The notes beneath the pieces are model-generated. The model had not been told where the DNA came from and made no database searches. It saw only the letters and a list, made by a program, of their open reading frames with translations. This document shows positions 13,704 to 35,603 of a DNA stretch of 64,000 nucleotides, in pieces; the first letter of the stretch is position 1, and the number at the start of each line of letters is the position of its first letter. The position numbers were made by a program, and so were the translations under genes. Origin of the DNA: Balanoglossus misakiensis (Eukaryota; Animalia; Hemichordata); the NCBI GenBank assembly GCA_040954595.2, contig CM082580.2:10022390-10086389 (forward strand), in the 5' to 3' direction.

Positions 13704-16700
13704 ACTGGAAATGGATATCCCACCCTCTTCCTCAGTAAGACGAACTCTGAAATACATTCATTCAAAAGAGAGTTATATTTTTGATAGATTGTGGAAAAAA
13801 GGTGAAGGATTCATTTAATGAAATGTTACAAATGAAACTTTTGTAAGCTGCTTATCAAAAATGCATGTTGTCTGATAAATCGAATGTTAAAACAGAAATC
13901 AAGAGTTTTGTCCCATTCAGATCTCTCTTGTTTTCCATATATCTAATTGACGTAATAAGTAATAATGGGTTTAATAATCGAATTTAGGATAGTATTGTAC
14001 AAGACTGTTACATGTTTATTTGAAAATGAAGTACTAGCTTATTAAGTGCCACAGACTTTTTAATGTACTTGATGTCTTTGTGAATATGTCTTGTAAAGCT
14101 GACGTTTTGTAAATTTATATATATATACACACGTATGTTTCAGTCTTTAGTGATTTTTATAAAAGGCCAATTCACATCTGTAAAAAAATCTTCCATATAT
14201 GATTAGGGGAATAAGCTGATTTAAGCACTAGTTTTTAGATGAGATAAGTGAGTTAGCTGTACCATGTACGTCACTGACCGTTCAGTGAGTTCTTGAGTTT
14301 TAGAATTTTTCATGACCAATGCAGGGTATAGGTGAATAGGTTTTACTGCGCAAATTAAGTTCTGCCCTGTACAGCAGTGATAGTGTGACAGTATGAGAAA
14401 AGACACACCTATTTATTAATGGATTAGTCCTTGTAAGTGGTACATGCAGTGCTTGAGAAAAATAAAATAAAAACTTATTTGTAGATGGACTACTCTGTAA
14501 TGGAAAAGAAGTTAGAAGTGAAGCTTTGATGGTTAATGTCATTCTTCCTACTTTCTCAGGGGAAACTTAAACACATAGTGAAACGACCGAGTCAAATGTC
14601 TTGGCTCAGGCTGCATACCTACAGACGATGGAAATATTTGCAGATGACTTTATTGAGTTTTGGATTTGGTTCCCGTTCATCATCTGTGAGGTTGAAAACA
14701 TCGTATTCTGGCATTGACATTTAAACACAGTGAGCATAGAAAGAAGCATTTGCTCACACAAATCTTGCCATTTTGCACCATTTATCATAAAGGGCAGTAT
14801 CTTTTATACTTTCATACAACATGATGATGAACCTCATCTTTTGTTGGTGTAGAAAAAATCTGATAATTTAGTTGTGGCATTTGCAGATGCCATGCTTCCA
14901 GTATATTTTGTGTCTCGTCATTGTTCTAGAAATTTAAGTAGATTCCATTTTGTCAAATTTTGTTCTCATTCAACCACTGTATTTATAGTTCGCTTTTCCC
15001 CACCTCCATAGAATATGAGTGCCAAAACCTTTTCCTAAGTTTCATTTACCCAGAATTTTTTATATCTTAGTTAACTACACATAGTAGCTAAACTGCATAC
15101 TTCTATAGGCTGAACATTGTCTGAATTCTCAGGCACATATCTTGATTTCAAAACTTAAGCTTTAGTATCTCCGAGATTTCCCAACAAGAACAAGAGCTTG
15201 TATATATATTGGCGATATCTTGAAAAGTAGGGATCTGATTCAAAAAGGGATTTCACATTATTTTTGTACTAATTTAACTCTAAAACACTATATTCATTGT
15301 AACTATTGCAATCAGCACTATAGAAAGTTCCAAGTTTTTGATTTCCAAGTTTTACTGTTTATTGATATGTTCCAAAACATTAATTTTCTCTCATCACAGA
15401 AAAGTATCTGTATATTTGGCTTTTACTAGAAATATTATTTCCACGCTGTATAATTTTCATTCTGTACATAAAAATGGATGTAAAGATTATTTAATAGAAA
15501 ATAAAGGAAATATGTTAATTTTTGTCTTCGATATGCGTGTTGTGTTCTGTTTGTTGGAGCTTCAGTTGGCAGGCGGTAAGATGTATCACAATATATCGAG
15601 ACTGTGTTACTTATGAACTGATCATCAAGCTAGTTTCAGAAACTTGGGATTTTCAGTAAAAAGATCAGGATCATCAAGAGCTGGTTTAAGAACCAGGTGG
15701 GGATTGAATGTGTCAAAGTAGGTCAAAGTTCATCAGAACCGAAGAGGCACACAGAGGGAATTTTGCAGTTCAAGATGTACATGTACTTGTTCTGACCTGT
15801 TTCCTAATCTACATGACACAGCCAAGAGAGAAAAACAGACCTGCAATACACTGTTGTGAATAGTCTGTTCTGCATGAGCAGTGAAGACCAAACTAAACAA
15901 AGACACCACACAATATAAGTGTAACATCAAACACATTTATTTCATCTGTCAACTCATATATTTCCACAGTGGAGTTTTAATGTAAATAGAAGTTCAACAG
16001 AGAGACAAAGCCATGATACTGTCCACATCGGGACAAGTTTTTTTTTTTTTTTACAGTCAGATACATCTGTGGTCAGCAATAAATTACTCAGGTCACAAGG
16101 GAAATGAGAGAATAGATTCCAAATAAATACAGAACACAGCCTATGATTTGAAAGTGACGAGAAATTCCAAAATTTACACATCAGATAGAGACGTCACTCG
16201 AGAGATCTGTTACTGGTAAATAAGTTACTATGACAACATTTGGCACACACAAATCCTACATGTACGTCTTGTATAGAGTACAATAAACTGCTGAACAGTG
16301 GGTGGAGGAAAACGATGATTATTCAGGAACAGTTTCCTATAGTTTATATATTAACAACTCTCTTCTTCATCTGGATCAACTACATTTGTAACTCTACAAG
16401 AAAATATTTTAAAAGATATATTTTTTGTTGGTGATGTGTGTTATTTGTTATTTCACTGTAAGCTTTGGGAAATATAGGGATGGATGGATGGGTTCAATAT
16501 TGTGGGTTCAATTTTGCATTTCTTTAAAATCATTTCTGTCCACATCGCAAATCCTGCTTCTTAGCTTGTGCGTACACTGGGGACGACTTCGGGTTTGCAG
16601 GAATGTTCATCGAGGAGGATCACAAGCATCGTTCACTGACTGGTCAACACACACACAAAAAAGTTCCGCGGTTTCGGAAATCAAGCAATGCTGATACGGG

Positions 16701-18328
16701 TGGCATAATCCTAAAATGTTTCACACAGCGAGGAAGAACGCAACTGAACATTGACATACTCAAAGAAGACAACAGCTTCACCCCCAGTTCCCCCTATAGT
16801 GGTCCAACTTTACCATATAAAACAATGGATTTGGGCCAAACCATGGTGGTGAAAGGGTTAACCTCCAGATGGTCGCAGACAGTTTCCTACTTAGGTAGTG
16901 TGACAGAGACATAAGGTGTGTGTGTCTGGGCGCCAAGAATAAACCGACATACTGGTCTTCGGACACCCTAACAAGATTTTGGCTTTTTCACCGACAGACA
17001 GGTACCCACATTTCACTCTGTGCGCAGTCCTCGTCTTAGACCGTGAAAAGAAGTGAATGATTGATTGCAAGCTTTACATGTAAATAATCTACTCTATCGC
17101 CCCCCCCTCTCTCCCTGTGTGTTAATGGTATAATCCTGGTCTGAATGCAGGCGCATTCACTAGAATGAACCATTGTCCTGACTGGGAGGGTGGTTTTTCG
17201 CATATTTGAGGTACCAAAAAATGAAACTGAATCGTACCTTGCAAATCAAAGCAGTATATGATACCTGAATTGTACTGACGTCAAATTTAACTGTAAATTT
17301 GCCTATAACTCATGTCAAATAAATGGACGGAGCAGAAAAAGCCAAACATATAGAAACATACTCTTCTTGCAGTGCATTTGGAATATGGACAAATATATAT
17401 ATACATGTACACGCCTACTGAGAAGCCTTTAGTAAAAGAAGAACAGCAAAGGACGGGGAAAACAGTTCATCTAAAAACTTACAAAGATACTTGCACTGTT
17501 CAATTTTTAAAAAGTATCATTTAGATTGCCTGTGCTTGGACTAAAAGATAATTTTGCTACTGCTATAGCTCAAACAAACTGTGCTTCAAACTTTTGTTTA
17601 AAATGGTAAAAATCCAGCAAACACATCCAATGTGCCATGTTTTCTGGATAAATTAGACTAAACACATGATACGACTCTGGGCTTGCTACCCTATAAACAC
17701 CCTATTTCTTTGACTGGCCCAGGTATAACTGAAACAATTTTAAGTAGTGCATATTTAGCTATCCTTATGATACATATTAGCACACACACAATATTAATTC
17801 ATAAATATTGCAATAAAATCCCCTAAGTTATGCACAGTCAAATACATGTCATACATTGGGAACACAGACACTTTTCACCAATTTTATGATGCAAAAACAG
17901 ACTGCAGAGACGTCAAAAAAAATATCAAGCACTGTGTGTATTTTCCAGAAAATGTTATGTGTGGGAAAAATCCTGAAATTCAGAACTACATAATGACATG
18001 AAGCACTGCCATTGAAGTCAGATAAACTCAGAACAGATATCAGTCTGCTGAGAGAGATATTCCAAGGTTCTGAGCTTCATGACCTTTGACCTCTTTTCGT
18101 CAGGAAAGATGATGGAATGCTGCCGGTCGCCCTGATTGTCTAGTCACTTTCGTAATATAATTATCTACAAATAACGAGAAAATGAAATGAAATGTACTTT
18201 TACGCCTGTTCTGCTCTCAAGCCTACACACTCTTTAACAGTGGTGAAAATTGAAGGGACTTGCAAGTGGTAGAGGGCAGAGAGAGAACAGAGTTTTGGGG
18301 GTTGTTTGAGGGGAGAGGGTGTAATTTT

Positions 18329-25838
<7,510 letters not shown>

Positions 25839-28800
25839 CTTGGATCTGAGGGGGATAAAAGGAAGGAGCCAGAGCTGTTTTAGTCAATTTTGAAAACATC
25901 AATCCGGTATCGTACATGTACGCGAACATGTACAATGTACTTCAGACTGAAATGAAACAATGCATGATGATAAAACGTGTACAATCTAAATACCACTGAT
26001 GAGATATGTACATGTACATCTTTGGGTAAAATACCTTTATCAAGGACGCCTGATAAAGCTCTACATGTACTTTAGCCTACCAAGTGTGTTGTCAAGATCT
26101 CTATCTGAGTTACGAATGTACAATATGCAATGCTTTCATCTACATGTATACATAAAAATTCCTGAAAAATGTAAAAAAAAAGTCTGTAGTCTGGGGGCTT
26201 TCAGAACAGCTCAGAGGTGAATAGATCTTTATGCTGCCTTCAAACACAAGGATAATTCTTGAAGACCAAAACCACATGTAAATTATCACACAAGAGAGAC
26301 AATGTGGGTTTAAACACATGACCTTTGATGACGTCAACTACACAAGCAATTAAATGGGATGTTACCAAGAGCAACAATACGCAAAGCTAATCTGAACTTA
26401 TCACATGAAAGGCCAACATCAATGAGCCTGGATATACATGTATTTACCCAGAGAGAAATCTGCAGACTTGAGTCTAGATTCCACTGGGCATCTGAATACA
26501 AAGGCACTGTTGATCTGCCATTTTATCTTGCGCATGTACATGTACAATTCTTTGGTGTGCAAGTTAGCGATAGTAATCAATAGCTGTCTACCTCTTTCAC
26601 AAAATTCCTATTGATCCTGTTCACAGTTCTATTATACTGTTGCCTCTGTTACTACACTCATAAGTTAAAACTATTTCAGTTGAACTAGTGTCACAATGAT
26701 TTCGCGCCAGCGTTTGTACAGGTACAAGATCTAAGGTACAAATGTATATGGACTGAATGCATTAACTTTATTTGACATTACCATGGCGATAGGAAAGCGA
26801 TATGACTGTTTGTTGGAACCACCTTTCTGTCATGTAGTTGTTTGGTCTAATAGACCAAACAAATCTTTGTAAATTTTAGTCATTTATTGCACTATAAGTA
26901 TAACTACACGTACAGCTTTCAATAATTCTCTTATATAAGCCTAAGGAATGCACAGTTCCATTTTGTTCCCACGCACAGTACTGTAATCCACTCTACTTTT
27001 GTGAAATCCATAAACACTGCCGTCATAGCTACAGACAAATGTGCACTAACATAATATACAGGTAGGCTTCCTTTCATTTCTTGAGTGTTTCTGAATTCAT
27101 TTCATGAACACAATGATTGAACAACATTTTCCATCTCCAAGCAACAACTATTGATTGACTTAAGGCCCAAAATGGGAGATTGCAGGCTACTTTACAAGTA
27201 TCGAATTTGTGTTTTGTTTGTTTATTAAAACCAGACACTGAGAGAGGATAAAAACAACTTATTCCAGCTATAATTTGTTTCTTTAATAACATAACTACAC
27301 TACAGTACAATTTTATCAAATTAAAGCTCTATACATTGGCCTCTGGCTGAATTGAGTGATAGCTTCAAAATGCAATTAAAAGAATATTTGTTCAACACCA
27401 ATATTACTGTTTCAGTTTCAATAAATCTAATTTCTCTGAGTTATTTTAGGAACTTGTTGAATTAACGTAACTTCAAATAGTATGAAATTGCATTAAAGTT
27501 TATACAAATTGAATTATTATGTACATTTGAGTCTTAGATTATGCACATAGTTTGGTAAATGGGAGCGTGTGGCTATTTACAATTAATGGAGTTTACAATG
27601 GCTATGACACCGTCACAGTAAAATCATCACAGGGTCACATACATATAAATGCTTTTTAAAATGAATGATGTATTTATAGAACTGGGGGGTTCCATGAGGG
27701 GGAATAAACTACAGATATCAAAATGTATGTTTCATTTAATGATGGAAATAGACGCATGTCCGGAAAATTACATCATTTGAGTTTGTTGTGGCACTCCTAC
27801 ATCTTGTATACATTTGTAGTTCCATAGTATTAGTACATAACAACTGAATAATTGCCATCAAATAAACATATACAAAAAGGGCCCCAAGCACACTTTCACA
27901 AATTTGTATGTATTTCTATTTAGATGGAATTGTAAAATTGATAAAAAAAATACTGCAAACTTTAAAAAGAATGCCATTTAGCAACACTTCAAATGTACCC
28001 TTATATATCTTTCTGGTCACACTTTCCAAACAAAGATTGGAATGTAATTTACAGATACTTTAGCAACTAATAAATATTAACTACTTCTAATGATGTACTT
28101 TGGTCAAACCAACATTCGATCCATGGGCAGGCATGGCAATATTTACAACACCTAGGAAATATTTTATTAAAATTCAATTGAGATAACCACACTGTAAGCA
28201 CATATTAAATTCCCAAAGCAGACACTAATTTTCTACTTTTGTTGACTGTTGAAGATTGGAGCTACTTTAGAATGCATTCGCTATGCGTAGAGGTTACAGT
28301 GTGAAACTACCGGTAGCTGCAAATTCAAGTTAATCAATAAAATCGTGCCACAACCAGGATGCTATGTGATAATGTGGCCCCTGGTGAGCCAGGGTCACTG
28401 AATAGTGTTGATAAATTTCATTTGACAGTGTAATCATTTACCTAGGATACAAGACTAAGGAATGATGTTTAAGATTCTTCACATTTATCTTTTTTTAATA
28501 TTCAGTCTAAATCTATGAGTATGAAGCATAAATTGACAGTTTTAATTAAACAGCCATAAATTTTACCACTATCTACACAATAAATCTGACATGCATCTAA
28601 TATGTTGTGTTGTATCAAACACATTACACATGATGGGAGGAGTCCTTGGAATGATTCATCACTGCAGCACTGAAACCTTATTGTTGTACAAATACAGGTT
28701 TTCCTCCAGAGGCCGAATGACATCCTGTCACTGGTCACCTCACAGACATACCCTTATTTTTGGATTGCCTATTTCACACTTGATATTATTCCACATTTCA

Positions 28801-29664
28801 GTAATATCCACTATATCTAATTAGCTAATGATAGCATCATTCGTAGTGTCTCTCTGCTATTATCATCAAACAAGAAAACTTCAGGGCCCCGTCAATGTCG
28901 TCTACAGAATGGAATGTTATTGAATACTTGGCATGTCACACCAGTTACAACAATGGCTGCCAGTTGACTACCGATGGATAAACTCCCGGCCTGCCATCAT
29001 TCCCGTAGAAATTCATTCATCAAAAAAAAGTGGCCAGACAAATTCAAAGCCCCTACTTACGTAGAACCACCAGGGTAACTGCCGAATTTCAGAAAGGGAA
29101 ACATTTTGATGAATGGAGGAGCCACAGGATGCCAGGAGGAAACCCACTGCCTTCATCACCACTGTTCTATTATTGTAATTATGCATGAAATCATCCGTCA
29201 CAAACTGGTGATGTCATCGAGAGATGCTGCCCTCGTATGTTAGCGGCATTCCACAGCAAGGCTATTGAATACAGTATCCACTTTCATTGATGGTAATACC
29301 AGCATGAGACGTGTCAGACCAGCTGTCAGAACTAGCTTCACATTGTGTATATGGTTACTATGAACTTCAATATGCATATCAGGATCGGAATCATTGTGAT
29401 GTTTAAAAAAAATTCAAAAGCCCCTGTCATGATACAAATTAATATTTGAAATTAATCAGTGGCAATACACGTACAACAAAATATATTCATAGTGTTACTG
29501 AAAATTTTCAGAAGCTGCTCATTTTTAAGTAGGTAATAAACTTTTTTATATTCATTAGGATGTCATTAGTTGCTAGTTACATGTACTTCCTTTTTCATCA
29601 GATTAAAAAAAAAAAGAAATAGACTAGTGTTACATGTGTACATTTCTGTTTTGATGGCCAAACT

Positions 29665-30358
29665 CAGGGTTCTCCACGGGGGGTTTTTGAGGGGCGGCCC
29701 GCCCCTCTGTTTTTTGCGGCCGCCCCTCTGTCGTATGTGCCGCCCCTGCATTTGACAACACCGCCCCTTTGTTTTACCCGGTAGAAAACAAAGCTCGCGC
29801 GTTGTGGTTTAAAGTGTTACTAGCGTCTTTTGGGGGTGGACGTGAACAAAATGGTCGTTCACGCTTTGTCATGCACCATAGTGACACTTTGCATGGCAAA
29901 TGGAAACCGTTTCACACATTCGGAAATGATGTCAGTCGAACGTTCCAGAGAAAAACGATCGTGTTATCGACATGACCTAATTACGTGACCTTTGACAGTA
30001 TGCGTCCTTCCTTCACTTTGTAAACCCGGAAGACAGCAAAGTTTTCACTGGACATTTTCATGACAGCGACTTCAACAATGATTACGATTTTTGGGGGTTT
30101 CATTGACTACAATTTTATACCGATCAAGGCCATTAGTAATCCCGACCCTGACAACGACTTTGGAGCCGATGTCGAGAGCGGGTGGTCGCGCGCGCGATCG
30201 GGGACCCAGCCAACTGCATTGAGCTGTGGACGCGATGTACGCGCACGGTCGCGGTCAGTCGAGTCGATGTTAATTTTATGCAAATGATATGCTAATAATA
30301 TGTTAATTTTTATGTAAATTATCCGCCCCTGTTAATTTTCAAAGCGTGGAGAACCCTG
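29665..30358. mobile_element. Non-autonomous DNA transposon (MITE), 694 bp, hAT-like termini, 5-bp target site duplication
   Basis: Perfect 14-bp TIRs CAGGGTTCTCCACG (29665-29678) and CGTGGAGAACCCTG (30345-30358). Flanked by AAACT direct repeats (29660-29664, 30359-30363). Repeated subterminal CCGCCCCT motifs. GC/CpG content is higher than the surrounding intron. No transposase ORF. Confidence 0.85.
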
Positions 30359-30818
30359 AAACTGTATCAATCTGTACAGAGCCTGTCATACTCCTGCCAA
30401 ACACTCACATTCAGATCACTGTTCATTTTTATTACATACGACGACTGAAAATAAGAGGAAAAGTCCCACTGAGGCCCCTAATTATTCAGTGATCGGCGTC
30501 ACATTATGTATGTATAAGTTTCCGGACTGAAATCTTGAAGAAATATTGCCATTTGGCCAAACTGAGTATTCTCGTACAGCTTGTCAGAATAAAAATTATA
30601 TGCGTGACACCAGTAAAATAAGAAATAAATCTGCGAAGTTGACACGAAAATCCCTCTGATATTTTCTGTAAAATTCGAAATATTCTCGAATTTCTTCCGA
30701 AATTCTTCGGCAGGTGCAACCTCGAAACGGAACTACAAACGAATAATTCAGAAAAACCTCATTGCAAATTTTACAGACACGCATATTTTAAAGGACGACT
30801 AACATATTACCCACTCAC

Positions 30819-30960
30819 CTGTTATTCTTTTATTTCAGCTGGTTTTAATTTGTGTAATACTATCCGCTCGTTTGGATACCGTCTTGTAGTGTTACACAGG
30901 TATACAGGTAGCAATGCACACCTGACGAAAATAATGTTGTTGTCGCGACGATAAACACAC
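30819..30960 (-). other. Probable non-coding first exon of KIF17 (5' boundary uncertain)
   Basis: The KIF17 ATG is preceded 7 nt upstream by an acceptor (ttttatccccctcag|ATCCAAGATG). A strong minus-strand donor AACAG|GTGAGT sits at 30819/30818, next to the CpG-containing intergenic region shared with HSD17B14. Confidence 0.5.
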
Positions 30961-31642
30961 CGGTAAACCCAAACAAACTCACGTCATCTGTCGTCTTGTG
31001 GTTCAAAACACTCCTACATAACATTGAACGGCCCTTCTGGTCCCACCGAAATGAAATGATAACGTTCCCTCTGTTGTTTCAGGTAAACAGTGAAGTCGAC
31101 ATCATAGTGACAAGAACAGCTAACAGGGTCTTCAGTCAGCCATTTTGGGAACTAAGAAATATTCTCACTTGGTCGAGGATGAATTAATTACACAATACAA
31201 GTTCTTTAAAATAATTAGATTTGTTTAAAATAATACATTTAGTTCCATGAATACTTTTGATATAAATATAAAAATGGGGCAATATAGTTGACTTTTTATC
31301 CCAGAGTATTAAAATTATGCGTATTTTTCATCGTTAGCAATTTCACAAGCGAACGAGGTCGATTGACGTCATTAACTTCTTAGGCATAACCATTCATGAA
31401 AAGGGGAGGCAAAGGTCTCTACCGGACCAGACCCTAACATATAACATCACAATTATGGAGACACTTTAATTAAATATCATAATTAGCTAAGGAAAAAAAC
31501 GATTTCTGTTTATTTATCAAATTAACCTACATTAAAACGTATGCCCACTGTTAAAAATAGGGGAATACAAATACTTACACGGTATATATTTTGCTTTTTT
31601 TCTATTTTAGTTAAAAAGTTATCCGAATGAGTTTCTCTCACA

Positions 31643-31656
31643 GTTACCATAGTTAC
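31643..31656. promoter_or_regulatory. RFX X-box in the divergent KIF17/HSD17B14 promoter region
   Basis: GTTACCATAGTTAC; the reverse complement GTAACTATGGTAAC fits the X-box consensus GTHNYY-AT-RRNAAC. KIF17/OSM-3 is a ciliary motor gene. Confidence 0.5.
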
Positions 31657-31818
31657 AGAGACTCGGGGATGTTACTTTCGCCTCGGCACGGCGTAGACAC
31701 ACGTTAAAAGTTAGAACTTATAGTTCTTGTAAATGGTACAGTCTGCCATGGTCACCTGATTAAAGGTCGTCGATATCGTCAGCTGATCACGTAATCCTCA
31801 ATCAGCTGGCAGTCGAAA

Positions 31819-34474
31819 ATGGCATCTGTTCCAGCCAGACTTCGATATGGAGATAAAGTTGCCATCGTAACTGGAGGATCTAAAGGGATTGGCGAAGGGG
31901 TCGTACGGGTATTTGGTAAGTAAGTTTTCAACAGCGACTTTGGCAGATATTATTGCGATTGTGTCCGATGTTCCCCACACAACACCGGGGGACAGGGGCG
32001 GTGTCCCTCGTCTTCGCCAGCCGTGACAATATAGCGCTGTCAATGTCACGAGACTTGCCGTAGGTATTAAATATTCCAGGGTACAGTTTTTGAATTAACT
32101 TGCTTTCTATGTTTTCCGTTCCCGATCATGCCGATCTTCAAAAATGTACCAAGAAAACTTTACCATAAAATACAATTATGCCATAAATTTTATTCCAATG
32201 TAAACAAATAAAACGCCCCTCGACTCACGCACTCTTGCAGAAACTTGAAGATTGAACGTATAAGGTTAATAAAAAGTTTACAAGCAAGAAGACATGACTG
32301 GTTGCTGGTACACTGTGCACGCATAGCCTAATAATGCTTAGAACTAATGGGAGCAATTTGATATGGGGGAGGGGTAGTACCTTTATAGGAGATTACAATC
32401 ACAGGAATTCAGCAACAATACTCATTGTTTTTATCTTTCTATTTTTTTCCCCCATCAATAGTTCAGAATGGAGCAAAAGTAGTGTTTTGTGCAAGGGGAG
32501 GTAAGATAACAACTTCTTGTCATACACTGACCAATTTCAACTTCATGATTACCAGTACTTATATGGACCTAACTCCACACAGTGTCATTGAATACAAAAA
32601 CAAGCACACAACAAACTTGATGCAGATAATGCACATATTTAATTACTTTTATATGGAGTACATGCCAAAACATGGCTGTGTTAATTGCATGAAACTGCTC
32701 ATGTTTTTGAGGCAAAGTCAGCAATGTCAATTAGCAATTGTGCAATATTTATTTCTAAACATGATATTCATTTTCAGTTGATGATGGAAAGAAATTAGAA
32801 TCAGACGTCAATGCTAGTGGGCCTGGAGAGAGTTTCTTTATACAGTGTGACGTCACCAAAGAAGATGATATCAAAGTAATTATTCATGATGTGCTTTGTG
32901 GATTTTATTTTTATCTTCTTTTGTGACTTGCTGGTATGTAACGCCCCTGGAAGCCAGTCACATGACCCAATATGCTATTGTGATAGGCAGCCATTCTCTG
33001 AAATTTGCATATCAATAAATTTGCTGATAAAAATATGAACACATTAGAATTATGCTTAGTCCAAGATAAAAATAGAAATATGTAAAAGATCTAGCTTATC
33101 AGAAATTTTTAAATCAATTTCAGAATGTTGTCGACAAGACGATAGAAAAATATGGACAGCTGGACTGTTTAGTGAACAATGCTGGTGCACGTAAGTTGAA
33201 ACATGAGATATGTCTTTCTTGTTAAATAATGCAGTGTAACATTTTCAGTGACAACTAACTGTTATTCAAATTTGTTTTTGTACAGTATCCTACCTGAGAT
33301 TCTGATGCTTTCTAATTTAACTATATCTTTTTCTCTGTATTCTAGATCCCCCTGAAGAGCAGATTGATGACATCACAGCAGACCATTTCAGAAACTTGTT
33401 CAATTTAAATCTCATAAATTACTTTTTATTCAGCAAGGTGAGATGTCAAATATAAATGACTTGTAATTATCTTTTGAGCAATCATGGGAAAAGTTATCAT
33501 TAATACCCACTTCTTATTTTTGATCTCTTTCAGTACGCGCTTCCTCATTTAAGAAAAACAAAAGGTAATATCATAAATATGTCGAGTCTTGTCGCAAAGA
33601 TTGGCCAACTCCACGCAATACCATACGTCACGACTAAAGTAAGTAACACTCTGCATTGATAGTGTGTCGTATGTAACAGTTGTATGCCGGACAGAATCAG
33701 TGAATAAACTGGTAGCAGATTTTTCCATTTTCTGCTTACAAATACCACCTTCTTAACCTGCCCCTCCCTCTCCCCCCCCCCTCCATTCTCACCTGTTTGA
33801 TCTCTTCCAGGGAGCTATAGATGCATTTACAAGAGCACTTGCGGTAGACGAAGCTAAACATGGAGTCAGAGTGAACAGGTCAGTGGATGATAACGTATAA
33901 AACTCCCTTGATTTTAATTACAAAAAGTTACAAACACAAGCTAAGGTCATTCAAAAGGCAAATATCAGCTCTGACTGGAATCAAATGATCATTAATATCT
34001 TCCCACACGTGCAAGAATTGTTTGTATGATCTCTCTATAATTTCTTTGGATGTTTCCCTATTGTTTTGCAGCGTTTCCCCCGGCAACATCTGGACACCAA
34101 TGTGGAAGGATCTTGCGGATGCATCTGCCAATCCAGAGGCCATGATAAAGGGTGGTGCAGAGGCTCAGGTAATCACATGGGAATAAATTGCACAGTGTAA
34201 CTCAGTGGTTCTTTGCTTTGCAATGAATACTGTGAATTGAATAGTACAATCAATTTAATCACTCATTGGAACTCAGTGCTGAAATCTTTTTTGAAAATCA
34301 CTCTTCCAGTTGAATGGCAGATTTGGAACGTTGGAAGAATCAGGGCAGATGTGTCTGTTTTTGGCAGCAGAGGCTACTTTCTGTACGGGTAATGACTTGC
34401 TACTCACTGGCGGCGCTGAACTCAACTATGGTTGCAAAACTCAACTGAAGGAAAGAACCAACATCTATGAATAA
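31819..34474 (+). CDS. HSD17B14: Short-chain dehydrogenase/reductase, 17-beta-hydroxysteroid dehydrogenase 14 (L-fucose dehydrogenase)-like
   Basis: 9 exons: 31819-31915, 32462-32500, 32778-32875, 33124-33190, 33346-33437, 33534-33638, 33811-33878, 34072-34168, 34310-34474. Motifs [14 protein letters not shown], catalytic [16 protein letters not shown], and the C-terminal [24 protein letters not shown] typical of HSD17B14. Confidence 0.9.
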
Positions 34475-35603
34475 CCAACTCGCACTGGGACACAAGCCAA
34501 CATGGCTGATATATGCATATTTTAAATAAACAGGAGCAGTCACATTTAACCTTTTAATGAGGATGGATAAGTTTGCAATTGTTATACAAGATTGGTGCTT
34601 ATTTTCACCGGTACAAATCAAATATTTTTTTAATAGTATTTTAGTGCAATATATGTACATGTATTTGGAAAGACGATGTTATAAAAAACTTTTCTATTCA
34701 ATTCCTGTTCACTTTAGAATACACCCTTATCACTATACCATTCATTATGCCATCAAAATATGCTTCAGAGATACAGCCAAGATCAGTATTCTGATAGAAA
34801 TTTGTTTCCCATGATTAAAGAACTGTACTCAGATTTTAGGTAATAATCTGATGTGTTTAACTTTTTGTAAATTCAAGTCAATTTCAAATGTACAATGTAA
34901 CTTCAATGCAGGTGTGATTTTTGCGCACATGAATACATTTTATCAGATATTTTATGTTCTCAATTTAATGTAATCGGTTGTCATCTTGTAATTAAAAAAA
35001 TCATAAAAATGCATTTGTTTTGTGTGTGTTAGTAAACGAAGGTCACGATTTGTGAAACTACTGAGGGCGCTAGCTGCCCCATACTGCAAAATATAAAGCA
35101 ATGTGTTGGATCTCAGATATTTTTGTGTTTAGTCAAATGTTTATACCAACTTGTGAACATATCAATTGCGAATATCAATATCAAATAAATATGTATGATA
35201 TTCGCATATTTTTAGGTACAACTGGACTGAACCAGGAAGGGGAGGCGGTCATTACCAAAGAAGACAGTGGAGCTCCCACCCCCGACCTGTGCGCTTGTTA
35301 CATGGCCTGCCCAAACAGCGACTGTCCCATTTTCGCACTAGTCATGGACAGCGCAATGCTATTATTTTGGTAAAGACACGGGTACGAATTTTACATGTAA
35401 CGTTCAAACGATTATTTGACTACTCCTGCTATAATCGGGTGACAATTGGCACTTTTTAAAAACCAAAGGTCATACATTTTTTTCATTGTTAGTCGGTTTT
35501 TGGATCTAAAGCGGTATATGGGTTGGTCAGGCGGATCACGTGACGGCAAGACACCGAGTTGCGCATTACCTTTCATCCATTGACTAATCGGAGCTATGTC
35601 GAA

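Noticed and set aside
13704-18328. Short ORFs between LOXHD1 and KIF17
   Set aside because: AT-rich convergent 3' UTR/intergenic sequence with AATAAA signals (about 14461 on +, about 15936 on -) and no coherent exon chain.
35058-35072. CTCF-like TGAGGGCGCT motif here and near 55636, bracketing the unknown clusters
   Set aside because: Only a short partial match; cannot be told from chance without ChIP or PWM scoring.
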